In this document: positions 35,001 through 45,700 of the stretch, piece by piece
Layout of the letters: each line of letters starts with the position of its first letter
Numbering within the stretch: the first letter of the stretch is position 1
From: Klebsormidium nitens
Lineage: Eukaryota > Plantae > Klebsormidiophyceae
Direction: 5' to 3'
Assembly (NCBI GenBank): GCA_000708835.1
Contig: DF237570.1
Location: 1-50,498, forward strand
Length of the DNA stretch: 50,498 nucleotides
The notes under the pieces: model-generated
Database searches by the model: none
Told to the model about the DNA's origin: nothing
The model's input: the letters and a program-made list of their open reading frames with translations, nothing else
Program-made: the position numbers and the translations under genes

Positions 35001-38000
35001 GAAGTCCGTTTTTGCAACTCTTTCCATCTTTCGAGGTTTACCATTTTCTTACCTGGACCGTATCTTCCGCCCAAATAGCAGCCGGTTAGATTCTGCTGAC
35101 CTCACGAGTTACTTTTCCACACTGCTTGATTTGTCGTTTCCAAGACCAAGTCCGACCTCTCCGCTTCTTCCTCCAATCAAATCGGATCGCGTCAGTATTT
35201 ATGCTTCAGAATTGAGAAGAGGTCAATACGACCCAAGTACCGTGCTCGTAGCATCTGCAACGAGGAGGCTTGCGATTGGAATTGTCAGAAACCTTTACAT
35301 GACCGGCAAGAATTGCGTAACGCTCGTGACAAGGTTTGTTTGATGAGAGGAGTTTCACTGAAGACAGTCGGACCGACCTCATTTCTTTGACCCCATCGCA
35401 GAACTTTCAAACTCCTGCACAATTTCGCTGAACCGCACTTAACACGTATAATTCCATGCTGGCTGAACGTCTCTTATTTGGCCTTTCACGATGCAGGCGT
35501 TGGTGGATGCGCAGCGGGGGGAGACGGACGAACTGCTCTCGAATCTCAACAGCCCTTCCCCGCGGGTCCTATCCCGATTCGCAAGCCCCCGACGGATGAC
35601 GTCAGCCGACTCCCCAATCCGACGGGTGATGTCAGCCGACTCTCCGACCGGAATCGTCTCACAGGCGCGGGACGCGTTCAGCCGGGCGCGAACTTGCCGC
35701 AGCTTTTCCGGGGAGGAAATGTCCCGGAATATTGTCCCCTCTGAACGGAAAAAGAACGATTCCGGAGATTCGGAGGCAGAGAGATATGCTGCCAAGGAAA
35801 AGCAAACGGAGAACGGAACGGACAGGGACAACGGAACGGGCAGAGAGTATTTGAATGAGGACGGAAACGGTGCAAACCGGAAACCGAAAGTGGTTGCGAA
35901 GCGGCCGGACTTGAAGGTGGAGATTCCGATGAGTCAGAGGTTGAGCGAGTTTGCGGCGTTTCAGACCGATACGGTCGCGGGTCTTCGGCGGCACCGACGC
36001 AACGATTCCGCCGTTTCTGAGATCCTACCCCCCCGGGGCGCAAAAGATCATCCCCCGAGTTCTGATTTCGAACCGAGTAAAGACGAGAAAGAAAGCAAGC
36101 GGGACGAAGAACTGGTGAAACGGCCAACCGAGGAGATGCGCCGAACCCGGAGAACGGCAGCGAAGTCGGTGGACTCAGTTCTACTTTCTCGGGGGGGTCC
36201 AACCGAGCCCATTCCCGAGCCTCCGACACCCCCCCCCGAGGGCCAGCTCGAGCCCGGGGTATTGTACACCCTTTTGCACAGCCCGGTTCCCCAAGCCGCG
36301 GAATTGCAGAAAAAGGTCGCGGCGATCTGTGAAGAGGAGGGCGTGGAGCTTCTCTGGACCCCAGTCGGCGATGACGTCACCCCGATGTCCGTACGGCACG
36401 GGGCTGACGTCAGGAGCGACGTCGAGGAGAGCCCCGTGGAGTCGCCGCAGGGGGGCGACGCTGTGGGTGCGTCTAAGAGCCCAACGGTCGCCGAAAAGGG
36501 CCGCAAACTCTCCCCCCTCCCGAGCCGCGCGCCCACTCCCCGAGTGACACGTGTCCCGACTCTTACTGGTCCACGTGGCGCGATCGCGTCCGCCGAGCAG
36601 AAGATCGCCGCGCTGTTTCAGGGGGTCGCTTCGACCACTGCGCGCTTCCCCTCGCAGTTTCTTTGGTACTTAGAGGAAGGGTTCGGGGGTAGGGAGCGGC
36701 TGGATTTGCTCAGGGGAAAACACGGGGTGGAGTTTACGATTTCCCTACCCAGTGATAGCCTGACGGTGTGGCTCGGAGGGGGGGGGGTGCACCGGAAAGT
36801 GATGGCGTACCTGAGGGAATTGGCGGGGGCGATGGGGGCGCCAGCGCAGTTGGCGCAGATTATGGAGGAGCCAGGGGGGGAGGAAAACGAGAAGGGGTGG
36901 GGGCCGACAGTGGTCGAGACGAACAAGACCGCTCTGGAACGGTAAGACTCTGCTCGAAGACCTGATAGAGGTTTCGTTCAAAAATATGAAGTACTTTGAC
37001 ATTGATGGAGGCGAGATGAGAAGCTTTTAACAATTGGTCCTGACTCGCACTTTTCTTCAACAGAATATTTGTCATTGAATGAGACGAACGAGACTGCGCT
37101 GGAGCGGTGAGACCGGGCGTCGATTTGTGCCCTTTGTTCGAAGCAGATTAGTGGACATTTGGTGTAGATGATGTTTCCTACGATGTGATATGTGGGGGTG
37201 AGAATCGGGTGAGATCTCTCGCTTCAATGAAATTTCCTAAAGATGACTTTGATGAAACGGAAAACCTTTCAATAGAGCCCATGAAGGAAAGGCTCCGGGC
37301 GGTTGCCTTCACTTGTGGTCAGCGTTGTAGTTCGATTACAAACACATACAGTCGTGCTACCCGTCAGAAAAGGCGTCATTGAGGTTGCGACAGAAGCCCA
37401 TAAACTGCTCTGGAAAGTTTCTGACGTCGACATTCTCGGAAATTGCTTTTTCTTACGCCTGACTCTCTGTCTTCCAGCGTGCTACCGCCGCACTGGAAGA
37501 AGGAGGGTCTTTCTTCCGGCAAGTGGCACCTTGTGGCCGTTCCGGAGGACAGCCCGGAATGGGCGGAATGCATCAAGAAGCTGCGAGGTGAGTAAGATCC
37601 CACGTGGCGACTGCTGGTTGGGTAGTTTGCAATCAACATCGCGGCGCTGACTTCGAATAATTGGACGATACTACCCCGTTTAAGCGCAGCCTTATACAAT
37701 TTTCTAAACCCTTTTCGCATCGACTCTTGCACAAGTTTTTGGAAACTAGTAATCCGGACATAATCTAGATTGAGCCGTTTCTGAGATGGAGCCGTTCTTT
37801 ACAAGTGCAGCCAGTGAGGCTCCAACCCCGCTTTACTCCGCCCCTACAATCAGGGAACTCCTTTATGCATGTTGTCAGCCAGAAGGTTCTCGCACCACTA
37901 CTCCGGACGCATATCACGTTCAAAATTGCTCATTGAAGCTTGCACCAAGCCCTTCGTACAGACCCCTCCCTCGTTTTTCCAGGTTCTCTTGCCCCCACTT

Positions 38001-40048
38001 CCGTGGTCCGCCTCCTCCGCTTCCAGAGCCCCCGCCAGTGGCAGCGCTTCACAAGCGAGCGCGAGCGCACGGAGGGGGCCAATTCACACCCCGGCAGTTC
38101 CCACTCGCTGTTTGCCACGTGTACCAAGAGCGAGGTGCAGGCGGTGTGCTCCGGGGGCTTCGCCGCCTCGGTCGCCAATGCCGACTCGGATGACGTCATC
38201 CTCGGGAGCATGTTCACATCGGAGGCCTGGCAGGTGTGTTAACCTTCTATAGGAAGCAGTTGCGTGGGCTTTTCCCGAAATGGCCATTTCACGATCGCAG
38301 AGTTCTTTGGCTTGAGCAGATGCGGAGTTGGTTCCTTACTCGATCTTGGGGCGTGACTGGAGTCGTTTTGGCCATGTCTTGGTTTGGATATTGCAAGGCC
38401 TCTTGAGATTTCGAAGAGCTCGTCTTGTCTCCTTGCGGGTTTGATCGTACCGGGCCCAGCTTGTCACTGACTTGATCGGAGTTTGTAGGCGGCGCGGCAC
38501 GCTCACAGGTATTTGAAATTCTAGAAATCTCTGCACATGCAATGGTTCAAAAAGTTTGTCTAGAGAGAAGATGGAAAGGACCGCACAACCCACCTCAAAA
38601 GCAAGCGTCAGAGAAAGTAGAAATGGACGGCCAATCTTGGCCCACTTCAGCCAAATGGATTCTTGTTTCCCTTGAGCTCTCAAAGTTCGTGTAGTAGTTT
38701 CTGGCATATCTCAAGAGGTATTTCTTCGATTCGAGTTTCACTGTCACTCAGTAACTGCAAGCTGTGGAAAGCTATGTCGAAAGTCAGTCCCTCCACGCAG
38801 TCGCCAAGTGATTGAACACAGGCCGAAATACTGTCCTTCAACACGTGTACATTGGTGGGTTTGCCACGCAGGCACTGCAGTTCGCGCCACGTACGAGCGA
38901 CGGGCTGCGCATTCTCGTGATGGTCGAGGCTGCTCTTGGGGGGGCATGGCTGGAGCGAAACCTGACCCTACTCACGGAGAAAGTGGACGGAGGGGGAGAC
39001 TTCGATGCGATCGTCGACAGTCTGACGAATCCACAGGTAAGACTTGGGCCCGCGAAAAGCACGAAAATGCTCAGACTCGCTGTCTCGGAAACCGCGAAGG
39101 TCTGACTTGCTGCAAATTTAGATTCCCAGAATGCTAAATACCAGGATTTCGTGGCGAGACAGATACGAAGGGCAATGATCGTTACGTGTTGAGTCTCTGC
39201 CGGCAGCCCCATTGCCTTGAAGCCTTACCTATTCATTCGCTACCTTTGAGATTCAATACACTGCTTGATACTGAGAAGCAACAGTCGACCGCCAACGTAA
39301 CAGGAGGAGCGCCGCATAAATCCCGCTCAGCCAAAGCGGGATTCTAAAATCGCACAGCCGTCCGATGCTTATTCAAAGGCTTCGATGCATCGGCTACACT
39401 GAGAGTAATTCCACATCGTCCATACCAAATTCATCGAACGGATTAGATTTGTGGCCGGCCACACTTTGTGCATGCTTGCTGGCGTCGACCAGCTCTGCAC
39501 CTTTTGTGCAACTTGGAGCGTCCGATCCGTTTTTCATCGGACGGCCTTGCGATTTTAGAAGCCCCGTATATTACGCGGCGCACCTCCTGGTAAGCCGCTG
39601 TATCGCCACTCCTTGTGAAGCCTTTTGACAACTCTTCTGAAACCTTCACCAAACCCGTTGTGGCTAACGTTTTCTAACCCACTTCTTAACCCCCGTTTTT
39701 GCCATCGCCCGCAAGCAGCATACCTATCCCGCATACGTCCTGGAGGTAGCGTCGGACCCCCGCGCCGACACTTTCTGAAACCTTCACCGAAACCGTGGCT
39801 GACGCTTTCTAACCCACCTCTTAACCCAGGTTTTTGCCATCGCCCGCAAGCAGCAGGCCTACCCCGCATACGTCCTGGAAGTGGCGCCAGATCCTCAAGC
39901 CGACGGGCCGGACGTCCATACGAGCTTCACGCTGCTGGAAGAGCCGTCCGCGCCGTCCGATGATGCATCTCCGAAACCCGACGACGTGGCAGAGCCTCCA
40001 GAAAAGCCGGCGGAAAAGCCGGCGCCAGCGTGTTGCGTCATACTGTGA
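32032..40048 (+). CDS. CCCH zinc finger - IDR - KH-like - PARP-like domain - CaaX protein (1,199 aa). Exons: 32032-32163, 32501-32733, 33795-34839, 35497-36941, 37478-37587, 37983-38233, 38872-39036, 39830-40048
   Basis: Exons total 3,600 nt with consistent phases. Splicing completes CCCH fingers across introns (KTKPCQ|FTVCPNAWGCPYAH; CPDAPDCPRGDECELAH; CADFPWHCNQGTR|CPNAH). PARP-fold motifs: LPPHW..LVAVPEDSPEWAECIKKL, RFQSPRQWQRF, SLFATCT..V..GGF, LRILVMVEAALG, FDAIVDSLTNPQ|VFAIARKQQAYPAYVL. Ends PACCVIL*. Confidence 0.85.
34840..35496 (+). other. Probable GC-AG intron in the CCCH-PARP gene
   Basis: CAG|gcaagg donor and tgcag acceptor join RAQQLQ|ALVDAQRGETDELL in frame; I saw no in-phase GT alternative nearby. 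Confidence 0.6.
39636..39900 (+). repeat. ~135-nt tandem duplication of the last intron end and start of the terminal exon of the CCCH-PARP gene
   Basis: ttctgaaaccttcacc...gtttttgccatcgcccgcaagcag...cccgcatacgtcctgga occurs twice; the upstream copy has cccc instead of ccag at the acceptor. Confidence 0.9.
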
Positions 40049-42708
40049 GGGTTTAGACGCTCGGACGGGTTTTGAAGTGGAGGAGCTCTGCACAGCGTCC
40101 AAAAGTGGTTCGGATGAAACGCATGATGACAAGTAAGTCGCAACGAGCTAGTGCAGGCTTCTCCTAGTATTACCATCAAAGGCGCGATAGCAGACGAGAC
40201 CGCATGCCGTGGTAGACACTACATATAAAGCTCAGCGTCGGATGGTACAGTATTGTTATGACGTATTTAAGTGTACCACTCTCCGATAGTAAGGCAGCAA
40301 ATACCGGGTCCCGTTGCGTTGGGTAAGGAGTCGGGACATGTGGGAAGCTGAAGTTAGTGGACCGGAAGGTTTCAATCGATCCATGGAGGAAGAGGACTCG
40401 GGACGTTCGGAAAGCTCATCGTAAACCCCCAAAAGTATGTGCTACATATAGAAGTCAAGACTCAAGCGTCGAGCTAGGTCGTATGTTGTTTGACGGCACC
40501 CAGGCAACTTGATGAATTACAGTGCTTTTAATTTTCAAGAGCGGCTTGCTAATCATCGACACGTACCGTACGTGTTGCTAGCAAACTTGATTAAAAGATT
40601 GAGCATGTATGTGGCGTGACAGGCCCGACGTAGCAGTTCTTAACGGCCTGGCCAGGCCGCGCCTGCTTGCCGCCGCTCGGTGATCAATAGCTTATATCGA
40701 CCGATCATGATATCTTCCTGACCAATATCCGGTTTGGGCAGCCGCATATCATTGTCTTCATGATCTTACTCTGATTGCCGCCAATTAGTTTCTAACCGAA
40801 GCCTTTTGATGCATCAGTGGCCGCCGCATAATCCCATGCCCCCGGGTGGCGCATGCCAGATCTGCGTCCGATCGCGATTGATCACTTTAAATTGCTTGAT
40901 GCATCAAACCAGACGCATCCGAAGCAAATGTTCCCGCTCGGTCTTGTCATCCTACGATCCAATGAGTTTCGGAACAACTGCCTGAGATACTAGCTCTACT
41001 ATCATCTGCTACCTTATCTTCCGAGACCACACAGACCGTCACCCCATCGGCGTCCAAGCTGGCAGGAATACCATTGGCCCAGCCTTCAAGGTCATGCGCA
41101 AGAGTGTAGGTGCATACATCAAGTCCTGCCAGGAGAGTTGGGCTAGCTGAGCTAGAGTGTCAAAGGTTGATATAGGAAGGATAGTTAGATAGTTAGCATC
41201 TCAGTACCATTGTTCGAACTCGGTCGGATCGTGTGTTGACACTCTTCGGGCCCATGGCGCAAGCTACGGTCCTTATAATAGAAGTATGAATGGATGAATC
41301 ACAGTTCGATCTTAACGGTCAGGATATCCAATCAGTATGCATGCATGTAAGTATAGTCGCGCGTCGATCTGCATGAACGTCCAGCTGAGCACATAATCAG
41401 CTAGCTTGCAGTTAAAATCAGTATCGCGGCTGTACGTCCCGGCGCGATCGGCCGGCATATCAAGGGGCAATGTGCGTGTCTGAGATTTCGCATGCGTGTT
41501 GCATGCGTGTCTGAGAGTTCACAATAGATTCCTACATGCATATGATACAAACGTACACCTAGCCTGATCGCGACATGACGTGTTGAGTCTGCGTAAGAGC
41601 ATATATTGATCGCGAGTATGCCAGAAGTATATGGCCGTATCGGGGATCCATGATGATGGTCACTTCTTTTTATGCGTACGTAGTATACGCGCTTAGGCAC
41701 CTGGGCCCATGGCGCAGAAAGTCGGAAGCAATTTCGGAGTTCGGGCTTCATCAAAAAATGTTTCTATACTAGTTACCAAGCATGGTTACTAACAACAAAG
41801 CAACATGACTAAGATGACATGCTGCCTCATCCATCATGTCTCGATTTGCTGATTGACCGGACGAATACCAATATGTCAGACCGTACCATGATGCCACTGC
41901 TCAGCGAAACTTGGGATACACTTTCATTTATTCGATTCTTTGCGATGTCGAATATCTAGGATATGTACCGCACCGGAACAATACATGATTCCGAATGGTC
42001 GAAAATTCTGATTATATCATCTAATACGACCTCTTTTGCCAAATCAAGTTGACGAGTTATTTAACGAATCCGACCATGATTCCGCCCTGAAAGCGCTCCC
42101 GAGCACTTTTCTGCCCGACGAAAGATTCTACAAGAGTGACCGGTGGACATTTTTGAATTCCGAAGGCAATCCAACAGTTATTTAATAAGTTTGAAAAATC
42201 ACTTTCCGAACCAAAAACAGGTAATGTAGCTTTCCGAGGGGCAAATATTCATTTATTTTCCGTTCCGGTACGGTATGTATATTTCAATAAAGCACAATTC
42301 GCCAGTGGTCGGATGCGCAGCTCCACAAGATGCAACGGGCGACTGAGAAAAGCACTGCTTCTTCATGACGCGTTTGATCTGTACGGATAAGCCATATGAG
42401 GTTCCAGTGCAGCTGCCTGATGCGTTCTCGACCCTCGGCGGCTCCTAGCGTCCAATCGCGATGATTAATAGGGTTCAATCGTAACATCCGTGCATGCATC
42501 CTGAGACCCGCGGGCCGCTCAGTCAAGTAGGAGGCGACAAATAACCGTCAGCGAGCGCGCACTACTGACGTCTGTCACCGGACCACAATACCTTCTGACG
42601 CTGACTACTCCAGCCCCGGTTCCAGACGGGGGTCTAGCTAACACGACGTCGACACATGCTTTGCGATCAACTTGTGGCCGTCTGCTTTAGTCTTCACACG
42701 CCAAGGCG

Positions 42709-45700
42709 TCATTCGAGCTGCAAATATACGAAGAAAACAGTGCGGAGTGGTCATGCGCGTGCGGTAGCATGCCAAAAGTACTCTTCATGAGGTGTTAAAC
42801 TGACAGGAAAAAAGACTTGGCTACCTTCGGATCTCCGTGAAACAACAGCGGCGTTCCAACATGCTTGCGCAAGGAATGCGCCGTTGCTATGCAGCCAATA
42901 GATTTGGAGAAAAATGACATAACAAGAAACAAAACCACAGGACATGTGCCAAGCAAAATGACACAATGGAATGAAGGAGCGTACCTTTTTTGGGCAGTAC
43001 AAACCAAGCAACTTCTTCTTGTCTTCGACGTAGAGGAGAGCCATATACTGCCGGGGGAGTTCGACCATTACGCCCTGCGGACATGCAATCGTTTAGTTCA
43101 GCCGCTTCCCCTCTAGTCCCTTTTGGAATTCTTTGTTTGTGATAATCACTATCGCGTATGTCTGCTGCTCTCTTTCCCGCTGCTTGACACTCCGCGTTCC
43201 AACAAAGCCTCAAAGTGCTGGCCCGCGCCTGTTGTGCTGACTTAGATATTGAAATCGTGTTGCAAACATGGTTGCTCCGCACTACGATTGAGCAGCGAGG
43301 GTGAAGCGGCGTGGCAAAAGTGCTTGTCCGGAATGAAGTGCTGGTCAAACGAGCTTCATATAGTTTACGAAAGTAGTCTTCTGCCTGAACCGACTCTTCG
43401 AAACACGAAGGACAAAAGTTTGACCGACCATGTGCTGAGCGGCAGACTTGACACAGGAGGGGTCAGATCCGGCCTCAGATTTGGGCTAGACCTTCTTAAG
43501 CGCTTTATTACTGAAGTAACTGGGTTCAATGGTGCTCAATGGCTTCTGATCAGAATACTTGCGAGCAGCAATCTAAGCTTACCATCTGTTGGGCGGAGAG
43601 CTTCGACTGATCCAGCCTCGAAAGCCAGCTGAAGCTTGCCTAAGCGCTCTCAATCGCTTTCGGCCCTCACTCAACTGAATCAACGGCACCTGAGTGGCTT
43701 CAAACGGTGCTCAGGTGGCTTCAACTCAATGTTACTACAAGGAAGACACATGAGCTCACCATTTGCTGGGCGGCGAGCTTCGACAGGCCGGGGTGCATCG
43801 GCTTGCCCGGTTTGAAGATGATGCTCTCAATGGCGTTCTGGAACGGCAACGAAGCCCTGAATCACCCGCCAGCAACAATTCGGGTTAGCAGTGGGTTACT
43901 CTCCTGCTTTATCATATACTGACTCTCATTGTTTAACACGGCCCCAATCTTGAGATTGTTAAGCTCAGAACGTTGACGATGCTCCTAGGAGAGTGCAGCA
44001 ACCTCCGAACAAGTCAGGTTTACTAACCCTTTGCGCTGCACGTGATCCGTTAAATTAGATAGGGCACTCCCAACTGCTCGATAGAGGACACTAAAAACCT
44101 ACTTTCCCACTTTTCGATGCCCGAAATATACCCTCCAGTGCTACCCAAAACATTCGTGCAGCCCGTTCAACCCAGAATAGGACAACTGAAAGGTTTGGCG
44201 CGAAGTGATGTGAACAAGATAAGCAGAAAGAAGCACCGCTCACCGCGCGTCTGCTTGCTTGACCAGCTTTGCACCCACGAGCTTGGGTGGCCAGTCGCGG
44301 GTTAGCCCGTGAACCATTTTGTTTTCTAGCAGAAACGCCTGCAGGCGAGCAAACCCTCGTTAACCCAGGTCGGAGATCGTACGGTTAGGCACCTTCCGAG
44401 TGGGCAGTCTACCAAATGCTGGCATGGATGGACTCTGTAGGGCCCTTAGTATCGCGTATGGTGAAAATACTGAATTCATGTCCTGTCAAATGGACAAAAA
44501 GATTCCATAACATCTACGAGGTAAGTAGTTCTGCGAGCAACTTTCTACATGCATTGGGGCCATGTGCTGTCTCGACAATGTAACGTCAAGACCTACATTT
44601 CTGAAGCTCCCATTGCCGTTCAGACGTAATGCTCTTTCCCTTTCAATACATGGATGGAAGGAACCCGTACACACCTGTGTACGATGTTTCACAATGTCAA
44701 TGTTCAACACTCACTCCAGACTCCTGCGAACCAAAGCCCGGAAACAACCACAACAATCTTTCAAGACTCACCTCCAAAGGGCACATCGGCACTTCCTTCC
44801 CTTGCAACGAAAACACTAGCTGCCCCGCCCAAACCCTGACCATCTGTTGCGACCCCCCCTCCTCCCCAGACTGCCGCTGCGAATCCTGGGGGGAGCCCTG
44901 CTGGGCCGCAAGACCCCCCCGAAGCGCGGCCGGCGCCGTGTGATGCCGCCTGTGTGCTTCTGGGGGGGGGTTTAGCTGGGCCGCAGGGGGGGTCGTGTGC
45001 CTCCGCAGAGGCGGGGGCGCGGGATTGCTCCCGAGTATTTCTAAGCTTTCGGCGCTTCCTGAAGACGCCATCGGCTTTTGGGGGAGTGCACTCCCTTGCT
45101 GCGGGTTTTGAGGGGGGGGTGGGTTTCGGTGCCATGCTGCCCCCCCGTTTTGGGAGGCCTGCTGGCCCTGCTGGTTCATGGTAGCTTGGTTATTTTCTGG
45201 GGGGGCGCGATTTGAGGACCAGCTACTGGCGAGGGGGGTAGCGGGTAACCCCTGGCTGGAAGAACTAGGGGCGGCTGAAGGTATGGATAAGTGGAGGGGG
45301 GGAGAGGGCATGTGGGGGACTATGGTTGGGGGAGGAGTGTCGTGAGGTCGCAGGGCTCGTCGAGCTGCAAAACGGCAGTGAATTTCAATTAACAGAGTCC
45401 AACTAGGGGGTTTTGATGACGGCGTCAGGCTGGAAAACGTCCACTTTCTGAGGCGTCCGGAGGATCCAAGAACAGAGATGTGGCAGCTGATTGTGGTGTA
45501 TCGCACTCAAGCAATTGAAATCGGGATAGGAATAGTAGAGTTGGATCGTCTGTAGAAGCCGGGTATACTCGCTCAATCTCATTTGGGCCCGTTTACATCC
45601 GTGACGAGTCATCGTGTTGGCTTCGCTTGACAGGAGTGTGCGCAGTTGACCATTTATTGCATCCGTTGCGCGCCAGGTCAGGGCAGATTCAGACATAAAT

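Noticed and set aside
37348-37361. cagtcgtgctacc as an echo of the 37478 acceptor (cagcgtgctacc)
   Set aside because: Only ~9 matching bases, too short to distinguish from chance.
43140-43350. Possible extra MED25 exon (QHFEALLERG)
   Set aside because: Exons 43856-43760 and 43074-42985 already join in phase and match the ACID domain continuously.
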